From Octopus sinensis (lineage: Eukaryota): 64,000 bases of DNA. This document shows positions 26,842 to 39,100 of this stretch, one piece after another. The DNA lies in NCBI RefSeq assembly GCF_006345805.1, contig NC_043022.1, positions 9,362,001-9,426,000 on the forward strand. Reading direction: 5' to 3'. Each line of letters starts with the position of its first letter. The first letter of the stretch is position 1. The notes beneath the pieces are model-generated. The model saw nothing but the letters and a program-made list of their open reading frames with translations, did not search any database and had not been told where the DNA came from. The translations under genes were made by a program, and so were the position numbers.

Positions 26842-28346
26842 ATGCATTGTTATTCCAAAAAGTTACATCACACTATGAAAAATATGAAAAGTAAATATAG
26901 TATTATCCATAATAATAGGTATATCATATCTCCCTGAGAAAGTGTATTTGTAAAATTTCACAACCAAATAGGCGTGTAGGGTATCATTGGATTTCGAAAA
27001 TATATATATATATATATATATATGAGGATGTATATGTATATGTATGAATGTGTGTGTGTGTATTTCCATAATTCTGTAGGTTTTTTTTTACCCGATTCTA
27101 TGTTTCCACTTGATACCAGATGTGTCTTGCTTTTGATTATCCCTGAATAATACCAGTAGGGTGAGGCAAGACTATGAGTTGTGGTGTTGTATACAGGACC
27201 CTCTGAAGGTACTTGCAACTCAGACAGTTACCCAAGATGTCATGTGTTTGGAGGTACCATATTATATCATGGGATTGCACCTAGAAAGTTACCCTCCAAG
27301 GTACATGTCCAGGTAAGGTTGTTTTTATGGAACACCAGCAATCACCCATGCATACAAGCCGCCCCTCTCCAAGCCACCAGTGTTGTCCAAGGGAAAAATA
27401 AAGGCCGATACAGCTTGGCACCAGCTGAGTGAACTGGAGCAACATGAAATAAAATGTCTTGCTCAAGAACATGACACACAACCCGGTACGAGAATCAAAC
27501 TCACAACTCCGTGCTTGTAAGCCCTACACACTAACCACTGAGCCGTGTGTGATAAGGAGTGTTCTGCACAGTTTCTGTTAAACAAAGCAAACTTCACTCA
27601 CAAGTCATTGGCCATCCATCGGTCAGCTATAGCAGAAGACACTTCCCACATTTGCTTACTTGCTACTACACACTCACATCCAGCTCAAACCCAAAGCCAC
27701 ATGCTTAACATGTGCTTATTATTAATCTCACTTGTTATATTTATCTAAGTAACGACACATTCTAGACACACTAAAAGCAATACTTAATAAATTATCGCTG
27801 TCCACATATAATCTTCTGAATAACTTGGTTATGCTGTCCCAGTTTTTTACTTCTTATTTTTATTCTAACATCAGCAGTTTTGCATGTCTTAACATATTTA
27901 GGACTGCAGACATTAAAAATATTGCTGGAAATAATTATAACTTTTATTTTTGCTCTCTCACTTGCTTCAGTCATTAGATTGCAGCCATGCTGGGGCATTC
28001 CCTTTGAGTGGTTTAGAGCAGTGGTTCTCAACTCTTTTTTGCTTATGGTCCTTTTTCTGATACCTATTTTACTCTACTGGACCCGTATAGTTAGTCAATG
28101 TTTAAAAAACAACTTTTCGGTGATTTGTTGCCGTTATTGTTGTTAAAATAGGTGTTTTTGCTTTACATATCATCATCATCATCGTTTAACGTCCACATTC
28201 TATGCTAGCATGGGTTGGACGAATGACTGAGAGCTAGTGAACCAGATGGCTGCACCAGGCTTCAATCTTGATCTGGCAGAGTTTCTACAGCTGGATGCCC
28301 TTCCTAACGCCAACCACTCCAAGTGTAGTGGGTGCTTTTACGTGCC

Positions 28347-28388
<42 letters not shown>

Positions 28389-28583
28389 GTGGGGTAATGG
28401 TCTCAATAAGACCCAAAGGTGTCAGGTAATGCTGAGTAAGTGCTATGGACAGACTATAGTTAAGCTCCAGGTTCGGTGGTTATGCGAATGCGGAGTCCAA
28501 CGTAGTTCATATATAAAAAATATTTTCAGAATGAGATAAAAATCCAAGGCTCTGAAAGATTTTAGAACATTTATAGATAGAAG

Positions 28584-28631
28584 GTCTTACAGCTGTTTCC
28601 AGGATATTTTATATATCCCTTCATCGGAAAC
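28584..28631 (-). ncRNA. Minimal type I hammerhead motif with one core change
   Basis: GTTT-CCGATGA-A-GGGATAT(ATAAA)ATATCCT-G-GAA-AC-AGCT-GT-A-AGAC: stems I-III present, palindromic ACAGCTGT, GUA triplet; U4 replaced by C. Confidence 0.7.
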
Positions 28632-29535
28632 GATGTGAGAAAATGGTTAAGCAATAGTTATTTTGGATAAGATATGAAATAGAGAGTGAAGTGGAGGAAT
28701 GAAAATAGATGTGAGATATGCAGGGATATTGCATCTGTAGATCCATTATTTAGGCAGAATGGTATACATATAAGATTCCAGTACCTTGTAAGTTCCAATA
28801 GTATTTGAAATTGGTCATTCCAAGTATAGAGTTTGTACACGGTGTTAGTGTTATCGAGGGTTTTATTTAAAGTGACTTAAAAGTAGGGAATGTATTTGCA
28901 AGGCCAAATCGAAAACAGGAAGAGAGGAACAAAGAAAAGAAAAAAGAAAAGCGGGGAGAGAGATAATAAAGAGATGAAGAGAGGGTAAGTGGACTGGTTA
29001 GTGGTCAGTCAAGATAAATTGGTAGAAGGAATGGGATGGTGAGGATGATAGAAAGATATGAGAATGTAAAAAGATGATAGGGTAAGGATTAAAGGAGTAT
29101 CAGATAGAAGGAATGGCATTCTACCTGGGCGGCTCTTGTCAAACTATCCAACCCATGCCAGCATGGGATGTAGATGTTAAATGATGATGATGATGCCCTT
29201 CCTAACACCAACCACCCCACAGAGTGAACTGAGTGCTTTTTATATGGCACAAGCACAGGTGAGATCCGTTTTGGCATGGTTTTTATACAGCTTTATCCCT
29301 TCCAAATGCCAACCACTTCACAATGTGGACTGGATGCTTTTTACGTGGCACCAGCACCAACAGGGTCACCAAGTAATTTTGCAAGACAAGGAATTTTGAG
29401 AGAGGTGGGGTCATTGGAGGAGGTGATCTTCTATCAGATGATGAAAGATTAGAGTGTGAAAAAGAGGCAGAAATATGTTTATATTGTTGTTGTTGTTGTC
29501 GTAAATAACTTGATGATAATAATTTATATTTACAG

Positions 29536-29679
29536 AAGCTGAAAAGTGGCACCACAGGTATAACAGCACTGATCCGGGGATCAACCATCCATGTCAGCTG
29601 GTTGGGTGACTCTCAAGCTGTGCTGGTACGCAACAGTCAGGTGATAGACATGACAATGCCCCACACACCAGCCAGGCAG
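29536..29679 (+). CDS. PPM1E: PPM1E/F exon (SGTT and GDS motifs)
   Basis: TTTACAG acceptor, GTAAGA donor, 48 codons: KLKSGTTGITALIRGSTIHVSWLGDSQAVLVRNSQVIDMTMPHTPARQ. Missing from the ORF track. Confidence 0.95.
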
Positions 29680-29720
29680 GTAAGACTAGTAGCAACTATA
29701 ATATATACGATCTATTATAA

Positions 29721-30144
29721 GGATCTTTTCGGTTTGAACGGCAGTTTTTTCTAGCGGTGTCATATGAAATTGTCACCCATAATTATGACCCTAGTATTGA
29801 TCTATTGCATTTCAATCTATTTTAGGTTTGGGGTTAGGGTTACGGGTGGGGGGAAGGGTATCTTTTTTTTCTTCACAAATGTAAATAAACCCAATCTGTT
29901 TCTTAAACGAGGTACATATTCATACGGCACAGAATGTTGTTTACCTCAATAGATGTCAGTGATTGGTTGAAATTGCAGAAATTGAAGCAAAAAAAAAACA
30001 AATATCTTACAAACTATAGAATTTTCTCAATAAAGCCAAGAGAAAAAGATGTTTTATAAACACATTCTACCAGAATGCGAAGTTTAAAAGTGTTTAGTTA
30101 CCTAGAAATTATGTTAAAAACTGCCGTTCAAACCGAAAAGATCC
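29721..30144. mobile_element. MITE with ~29-bp TIRs and 8-bp TSD (Merlin- or hAT-like)
   Basis: TIR GGATCTTTTCGGTTTGAACGGCAGTTTTT at both ends; TSD TATTATAA at 29713-29720 and 30145-30152. Confidence 0.9.
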
Positions 30145-31146
30145 TATTATAACTACTCGTTAGTATCATTAGCATACTGGGCGAAATGATTTGAGGCATT
30201 TCTCCTGTACTTATGTTCAGAGTTAAAATTCCACTGAGTCAGACTTTCTCTTTATTCCTTTCGGTGTCAATAAAATAAGTACCAGTAGAGTACTGGGGGT
30301 CAGTGTAATCGACTTAACCACCCCTAGTTATCATTTATCTTTTATATTTTACTCGTTTCAGTCATTCGACTGTGGCCATGCTGGGGCAACATCTTGAAGA
30401 ATTTTCAGTTGAATGAATTGACACCCAGTATTTTAAAATTTTTTAAAAGCCTGGTACTTATTCTATCAGTCTCTTTTGTCAGACCACTAAGTTATGGGGA
30501 TGTAAACACACCAAACACTGGTTGTCATGTGGTAGCAGGGGACAAACAAAGACACACACACATGCATATAAGACAGGCTTCTTTCAGTTTCCATCTACTA
30601 AATCCACTCACAAGGCTTTGGTTCGTACAAGCCTAGAGTAGAAGACACATACCCAAGGTCCCATGCAGTGGGACTGAACCTGGAAGCATGTGGTTGAGAA
30701 TCTAGCTCCTTACCACACAGCCACACCGTGCCTATGAGTATAAAAAAAAAACTGCATCCTTCTCCCATCAGTCACCATTAGCCATCATCAGTCTTCATGA
30801 GTCATCAGTCTTAGTCATTTTCAGACTCTAGCAACTTTCTATGGTTCTATTTTATCTGTTACCTCTTTCAGTCATTAGACTGTGGCCATGCTGGGGCATC
30901 ACTTTGAAGAATTTTTAGTCAAAGGCTTCTTTCAGTTTCCATCTACCAAATCCACTCACAAGGCTTTGGTCAGCTTCAAGCTATAATAGGAGACACTTGC
31001 CCAATGTTCCATGCAGTGAGAGTGAACCAGGAACCATCTGGTTGGGAGGCAAACCTCTTACCGCACAGCTACTTCTTACCATGTGCCTTATGTCTCTAAT
31101 TGATAATTTTCCTTTTTTTTAATAATATATATAAATGTCTTTTCAG

Positions 31147-31243
31147 GACGAAAAGAAACGAATTGAAGATCTTGGTGGCATTGTACTCCTCGTAAGTGGT
31201 ATCAGCCGTGTTAATGGTAACATCTCCGTATCAAGGGCAATTG
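31147..31243 (+). CDS. PPM1E: PPM1E/F exon (flap region, RVNG and SRAIG)
   Basis: TTTCAG acceptor, GTAGGT donor, phase-1 end: DEKKRIEDLGGIVLLVSGISRVNGNISVSRAIG. Confidence 0.95.
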
Positions 31244-31465
31244 GTAGGTTGATATTTTTTCTTAAACCCATCTATTTCATCATCATCGTTATCATCATCA
31301 TCATCTCTCCTTTTACACTTCACCATGCTCGCATGGGTCGGGCAGACTATTGTTGAGGTTGATGGATTTTCTACAGCCAGATGCCCTTCCTGTTGCCAAC
31401 CCTTCCCTGTTTCCAAGCAAGTTAATGTTTCCCTATCACCAGACATATTTTCACAGGAAGATTGG

Positions 31466-31702
31466 AAATTTATATTATTTAGTCTCAACTAAAGCAAGGT
31501 TTGATAACCTCACTACCTCCTCCTGGTCCAAAAAAAGTGTGGAGGGGGTCTCTAACAAAAAGTTGGGGTTTTTTTGACCAGGAGGAGGTAGTGAGGCTAT
31601 AGAGCCTTGTTTCGGTTGAGAGCAAATAATATAAATTTGTCCTATTGTAAAAAATTTGTCCTATTTTACAATAGGACAAATTTGTATTATTTAATCTCAA
31701 CC
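31466..31702. repeat. Overlapping inverted repeats (palindromic MITE-like)
   Basis: Arm 31466-31530 pairs with 31570-31638 (CCTCACTACCTCCTCCTGGTC / GACCAGGAGGAGGTAGTGAGG); a second palindrome spans 31614-31702. Confidence 0.8.
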
Positions 31703-31781
31703 AACCAATTGCAGGACAGTGGCATTCATTTACAACTGTCACATGAAGTCAAAGCAAAGAGACAGTGTGTGTGTATGTATC

Positions 31782-31817
<36 letters not shown>

Positions 31818-33158
31818 GGCATGGCTGTGTTGTAAGAAGCTTGATTCCCAACTGCATGGTTCCCGATTAAGTTTTATTTGTTAAATACAGTTGGTTTGAA
31901 TTTGTTTTAGAAAGCGGTCTGTGGCCTGGCTGTCAAAGGGCCAGCAGCTCGAAAAAGTTTGGGAACCATTGCTTTAGCATTTAAACTGGCCATGTCTGAC
32001 CTGAATATTATACCTGTTTTATGTTCAAGCCAACCAGATCCTGCCTCTCACACCTACCCTACAATGTTACTTTAAAAATAAGCAATCACATCATTGAAAT
32101 CTCAAAGCTCTGAGATAAGACATGATTAACTGAAAGCAGTATGAATAAATAAGCATTACATTTGAAAGAGTAATCTGAACACCAAATATTTTATTATTAT
32201 TTATAGAATTGTCGTTCATCACCACTTCTCCATTTATCGCATAAAACGCATCATCATTTAATGTCCGTTTTTCAATGCTGGCATGGGTTGGACGGTTTGA
32301 CAGGAGCTGCCTGCCAGAGTGCTTCATCAGGTTCCCATCTGATAAGGCTTGGTTTCTACTGTTGGATGCCCTTCCTAATGCCAACCACTTTACAGAGTGT
32401 GCTAGATGCCCTTGTTTATGTGCCTCCAGCATGGTTGCAATTATGTGGCGCCATGTTGTGTACTGAGTTCAATCACAGGCCGGGACTTGGCAAATAACAT
32501 CAACAACAAACAAAACAGCATCAGCAAAAAAGAATACCTTAGGAATGAGAACAGAGTACCCCATTAGTAATAATAAAGGGTTGGGTTCGAAATTCCACCA
32601 GAACACCTGATGAACACTAGAGAGCACATCGGCCAAAACTTTGTGGTAACAACAAGCAAGGTGAGGACGCCTGTCCATCCATTGTCAATGATTTACATAA
32701 TTCTTCATCTCAGAAATATAGGTTAGTACTGGAACCATGTCGGGAAGCAAGCTACTTACCACACATTCACTCCTGAACATTTTTCCTTATTAATTTCTAG
32801 AAAAAAAATTATTAATATGCTTTCCATTATCAGCATGCAAAACCACATTAAAGTAGATTTTTTTAAATCCTGGTGAAAATTTGACATCTTTCAAGTGGTT
32901 GGAACAATTTTCGAAAGGGTCCATCTCCAGTGTAGCTTACCTGATTCTCATGCTTTCTTACCTACTACTGTCTGTATATACTGTATACACTACGGTGTGC
33001 CGATTACTTCGACAATTAATGCTATAACCATTGGTGGTGTCTTTTTGAGGCAAGGGACATAACTCTGCTTGCTTTAGTAATTTTTTTTTTCAATTATTAG
33101 CTATTAGCGGTGGAAGATAACACTTACAAAGTGATATATATGTGTGTGTGTATATATA

Positions 33159-33197
<39 letters not shown>

Positions 33198-33665
33198 GGT
33201 GCAGGAGTGGCTGTGTGGTAAGTGGTTTATTTACCAACCACACAATTCCGGGTTCAGTCCCACTGAGTGGCACCTTGGGCAAGTGTCTTCTACTATAGCC
33301 TTGGGCCGACCAAAGCTTTGTGAGTGGATTTGGTAGAAGGAAACTGAAAGAAGCTCATCATATATATATATATATGTGTGTCTGTTCCCCCCACCATCGC
33401 TAGACAACCAATGTTGGTGTGTTTACATACCCGTAACTTAGCAGTTTGGCAAAAGAGACCAATAGAATAAGTACTAGGCTTACAGAGAATAAGTCCTAAG
33501 GTCGATTTGTTCAACTAAAGGTGGTTTTCCAGCATGGCTGCAGTCAAATGACTGAAACAAATAAAAGAATGTTGATATTTCCTTTTTCTAAAGATTTTCC
33601 CTCAACACTTTGTTTTTTTTTTTAATTTTGTGATAAACTTACGTCATTTTTCTTCTTTAACACAG

Positions 33666-35041
33666 GTGATGCTGACCAGAAGCCGTGTATTAGCAGTGAT
33701 GCTGATGTGGTTACATATGAAATGAATGGGTCTGAAGATTACTTGATGCTGGCGTGCGATGGTGCATGGGATTACCTTGAAAAACAGAAGCTGCCCTACC
33801 TGGTCTACAATCACGTGCAAAAGAACAACGGTCAGTTCTCGACCGTGGCAGAGAGCTTGATCAAGTCTGCAAGGGAGAACGGCTCCAAAGACAACATATC
33901 GGTGATCGTGGTGTTCTTCAAGGAAGAGCTGTCCGACCCACATTCTGACTTCAATCATGCTGTTAGGGAAAACGGGGAGAATCAGAAGCACGACGAAAAC
34001 CCGAATGACTCCCCAATGTGGAGCAGCAACCAAAATAGCAACAGCAACTGCGACGCATCAGCTGCTTCGTCTTCTCCGCAACAACAGCAGAGGCAGCAAC
34101 ATCAGCAGCACGGGAATCCCACGGATTCTAACAGCTGCATGACTCACGAATTGGAATCAAAATACGACAGCAATAGTAAGGTGGTAGTGAGTCACTCGCA
34201 GAGTGAAAGTACTGCCGGTTCTTCCGATGGCAAACACGAGAAAACTTTCGAGAATTCAGCAGAACTTGCAGATTCTTCGGAAAGTTCCAGTTTATGTTCG
34301 TCTCTGATGCAGTTCTCCAATCAGCAGCCAGTCTGCAGTTGTTTGAAGAGTCACGGGGGAAATAATAGTCTACTGAGGTGTCGAATGTCCGGTGAAGTTT
34401 GCTTGGGCACCTGTTCAAAATCAAACCTCCGACACTCAAGTTCCATATATTCAAATGGTTATGTTTCTCTGAGGAATCCCCTCAGCCGATGGTGGGACGA
34501 TGTTGCTTTGTGGCGGAACATTCAGCTTTCGTATCGTTGCCTAGCTTTTGCTCAGAAACACAACCTTTTAAGGTCTTCTTTTCTCTCCGAAGAGAATTTC
34601 CATCTGAAACTTCCTGACTGTCTAACTTCTTTGTTAAAATTGCCTAACCTCCGCAATATATGTTCTCTGTGTTTGATGGAAACTTTGGTTGCTGGCAGAG
34701 GGAAAACTGTGCTGGCTTTGGGCCAACACCCATCATCACTACTGCTTTCAGAAATATACCCACAACCAGCTACCGCTGCTGCTACTAGTACTACTACTCC
34801 ATTCGATTATCATGTGCTCTGCCGTAAACACCACCAAACAGTAGGGTCCAGTGCTTTGTCTAGTGATGCTGTCAAACGCCTCCTCCTGAAATTTTCTCCG
34901 GATGCTGTTGTTGCTGCTGCTGCTGTGGCATTGCAGATGCAAACTGCCATGTCGCAAATGTTACCCACTCCCTGTTGTACGTCGACTAATATACCACGTT
35001 TGTCCAGCATCGGACCCACTCTTCTCTCAATAGCATCGTGA
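33666..35041 (+). CDS. PPM1E: PPM1E/F last coding exon: end of PP2C domain plus ~370-aa tail
   Basis: ACACAG acceptor in phase 1; GDADQKPCISSDAD...EDYLMLACDG...GSKDNISVIVVFF (DG and DN motifs); frame open to TGA at 35039-35041. Confidence 0.92.
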
Positions 35042-35925
35042 CAAATTGCTTTCAACTGTGGCATATAAACATCTCGCTCCCCCATTAAACACAAGTTCAA
35101 ATCCATCCTCAACCAAGAGTGGAGAGAGACAAACAGACAGACAGAAACTATGATTTCTTTTGTTTTCGTTTTTTTTGTGTGTTGTTTTGTTTGTTGTTGT
35201 TTTTTCTATTTTCTATTTGTTTTTTCTTTGTTAACATACTAATTAGCATATCCATTGATGAAGGAAGGTGTGAACAGGTTGTATGGATGCTAGGCAGGGG
35301 GAAGGAGCTGGAAGATTTTTTTTTTATCATGTTGCAATGTTTCTTTTTAATCTTTAATGTTTTTGTTGTTGTTTTTTCTCAAATCAAATTAATCAAAAAA
35401 AAAACATTTTTTAAATTTCTTTTTTTTTTCTTTGGTAACTTAAAACTTTGAGCATTTATATTTGTTCTTCTACCAAAAATTACTTACGTCAGTAAGTTTG
35501 TGGGAGCACTGCATAGAGTTGTTGATTAACGAGTGTTTTATTGATGGACGGACACCACAGTACTGATTTCCAGTCCTACCGTGGCTTGTTAGGAGAACAG
35601 AAGACACCATCAGTAGGCAGGCTGCCATGCTGTCTTACCCTAGAACAGTCATGGACAACCCATGGATAACCCCTAGCCTGTGGGACTTTCTGAATGGTAC
35701 GCCTAATGAAAAATTACTTTCAATTTTTTCTGTAGTGTGACTTGCCTGATGATGAACCATGTCTCACGTGGCCCCCACTTCTCATAAAAGATTGCCCATG
35801 CCTGCCCTGGGAAAGTATTGCACAGTGGACCTTAACCCTTTTTTATAGTACCTCTTTTTAAGTAGTTGTTATGCCTAACACCCATCTAAGTGGTGAGTGA
35901 GGTATCATAACTAAACCAAACTTAA

Positions 35926-36145
35926 CCCTTTCGTTACTGTATTTATTTTGAGATGCTGTGTGTTTCTTTCAATTACTTTAAATATAACAAAGAATTTAGT
36001 AAAATAACTTAGTTATCATTCAGCTAGTTTTAGGAACATAAATTGTGACAAAGGTTTGGTGGAAGTTTTTAATTCAAAACTTATGAAAACAAGATATTTG
36101 TACTCAGAGCCAGAGGCGGTTACAGTCGGGTTGGTAATGAAAGGG
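35926..36145. mobile_element. piggyBac-like MITE
   Basis: TTAA-CCCTTTCGTTAC...GTAATGAAAGGG-TTAA; opposite-orientation copy at 52365-52585. Confidence 0.85.
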
Positions 36146-39100
36146 TTAACATGGATGATAATTTATAAATTTTCCTCTGAAAATGGTTTGTATAAGCTCT
36201 TAACAGTGAAATGATAAAAAAAACTAATTAAGACAAAAGTTGTTAATTTACTTCATACATTGCAGGTAAATAACTTCCCTATGCTTGATGAGATCTCATT
36301 TTATTTTAATAACCATTAACAGCTTTATCATGTATAATATAATTACTGCTATAGGTAAAATTTAGTATATTAATCATGTTACTACACCTGAGAGGTGAGT
36401 GAGGTGTCATGTTTAAACTAAATTAACATAGATGATAATTTTACTCAAAAACTGGACAGTTTAAGATTTTAACAGAGAAATGATTAAAAAAATTAATTAA
36501 GACAAAGGTTGTAAATTTATTTCATATATTGCAAGTTAATGACTTCGCTGGTGAGATCTAGCTAAATTTTCTAGATCAGGTTCGATGTTAGTCAAAATAA
36601 GTCGTAGGTAGGTAACTCATCAAGAGATTGTTCCAATGATGCAGTGGATTAGAGAAATATCCAAGTGTGTCCCAATCACCTTATAAAGTAATGGTTAATC
36701 TTTGAGAGAGTGAGCCAATAAAATTAATTAATTCAACATCACTACTAATCATTTATAATGACAAAAAAATGTTTCTAAATTTGGAATAAATGATATTTTT
36801 TAAGGGAGAGTGAAGAGAGAGTTAAGAGACTGGTGACTTTACAACAATGAAAGGGTGCCATTATTTAAAAATTATATCTTCACATGTGAGATGTCTTCAG
36901 GGAGCTGGTCATTAATTACCATTGTTACTATTAATGTTTATATTAGCCTTTCACTGCCCTCACCTCACCCCATAACTTTTGGTCTCCTGCCTGTGTTAAA
37001 ATTTATTATTATTATTATTATTATTAAATGGGTGGAGAGCTGGCAGAACCATTAGCATGCCATGCAAAATGCTTAGCGGCATTTCATCCGTCTTTACATT
37101 CTGAGTTCAAACTCCGCTGAGGTCAACTTTGCCTTTCATCTTTTCAGAGGTGATAAAATGAGAATCAATTGAACACCAGAGTCTTTGTAACTAACTGACC
37201 CCCCTTCCCCCAAACTTGCTGGCCTTGTGCCAAAATTTGAAATCATTACTGTTAGTATTATTGTTATTTTAGTAAGGCGGCAAGCTGGCAGAAACGTTAG
37301 CACGCCGGGCGAAATGCTTTGCGGTATTTCGTCTGCCGTTACGTTCTGAGTTCAAATTCCGCCAAGGTCGACTTTGCCTTTCATCCTTTCGGGGTCGATA
37401 AATTAAAGTACCAGTTACGCACTGGGGTCGATGTAATCGACTTAATACCTATGTCTGTCCTTGTTTGTCCCCTCTATGTTTAGCCCCTTGTGGGTAATAA
37501 AGAAATAGGTATTTTGTCTGTCTTTATGTTCTGAGTTCAAATTCCGCCTAGGTCGACTTTGCTTTTCATCCTTTCAGGGTTGATAAATTAAGTACCAGTT
37601 GCATACTGGGGTCAATCTAATCTACTAGCCCCCTCCCCCAAAATTTTGGGCCTTGTGCCTAGAGAAGAAAAGATTTTTATTATTTTAGCTTCTCTCACCT
37701 CTACCTCCATTCTTCAACATCTTCTTCTTCTGTGTTTTTTACACCTCTTTCTTACCAGTCTCTGATATTCCCTTTTTAAATCTCTTTTGTAACCTTTTTA
37801 ATCTGTCTTCTCCTTGTCCCCTTTCTATGTCAGTTTACCTTGTCTCTTTTCCATCAATTCCTCCCTCCGTCTCTCTCTCACCTCTTGATTATATCTTGTC
37901 TTTCTCACATCCCTTTCTCATCAGTAGCAGAACCCTTTTCTATTTCTCCTTTATCGCTGTTTTCCCACTGTTTAGCTACATATTAAAACTACTATGAACC
38001 CACCATCCATTCATATAAAGCAAACACATACAAATTAATCTGAACATACACACAGTCAAATACATACAAACAGCATACATGTGTGTGTGTCTATAAACAT
38101 ATACATACATTCACACATTCACTCTCACACATATACATTAGCAAACTGCAATGTAATATTGTGCGCAAAAACATTTGTTGGTTTTTAAAATAGATGTGTG
38201 TGTGTGTGTGTTCATTTAATGTCGACTATCACAAAAACAGAGTTGTCGATACCATGATATTTTATGAAGGCCCTGCACACTCTCAGGTGAAACTCAGAGT
38301 AGCAAGAGCCTGATTCTTCCAAAATTATATATATATATATGTATCATAGGCATAGGAGTGGCTGTGTGGTAAGTAGCTTGCTTACCAACCACATGGTTCT
38401 GGGTTCAGTCCCACTGCATGGAACTTTGGGCAAGTGTCTTCTACTATAACCTCAGGTTGACCAAGGTCTCGTGAGTGGATTTGATAGGTGGAAACTGAAA
38501 GAAGCCCATCGTATATATATATATGTATGTGTGTGTCTGTGTTTGTCCCCCCAATATCACTTGAAAACCGATGCTGGTGAGTTTATGTCTCCGTAACTTA
38601 GCAGTTCGGTAAAAGAAAATGATAGAATAAGTACTGGGTTTGCAAAGGCTGAGTCCTGGGGTCGATTTGCTCGACTAAAGGTGGTGCTCCAGCATAGCCG
38701 CAGTCAAATGACTGAAACAAGTAAAAAAAATAAAAGAATATATATATATATAATTTAGGTTAAAATACGTTTGCGACATATTTCAACTGCTAAAAAGCAA
38801 ATTCACATACTATGGAGAAAATATCTCTCTTGCAACACATGGCAACATACACAATAGTCAATTCCTAAGCATGACAGAATGTGTGAATTATTCTCAGCAG
38901 TCAGAACAGAGCATCAACACAATACCTCAAATAATAATAGAATGATGTTTTTGCCAATTAAACTTTGAATGAAGTATGAGCCATTTGAAAAATTTTCACT
39001 GACTGTTGCAATTGGTTGATATGGTACCAATCAACTAATTGGACCAATATATTGCAATTAAGTTTTCATTAATTAATTTTTTACAACCCTTGTTCCTAAC

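Noticed and set aside
38780-38915. Possible - strand hammerhead (GACTGCT/AGCAGTT stem, GAAATATGTC)
   Set aside because: No recognisable CTGANGA core; too degenerate to call.
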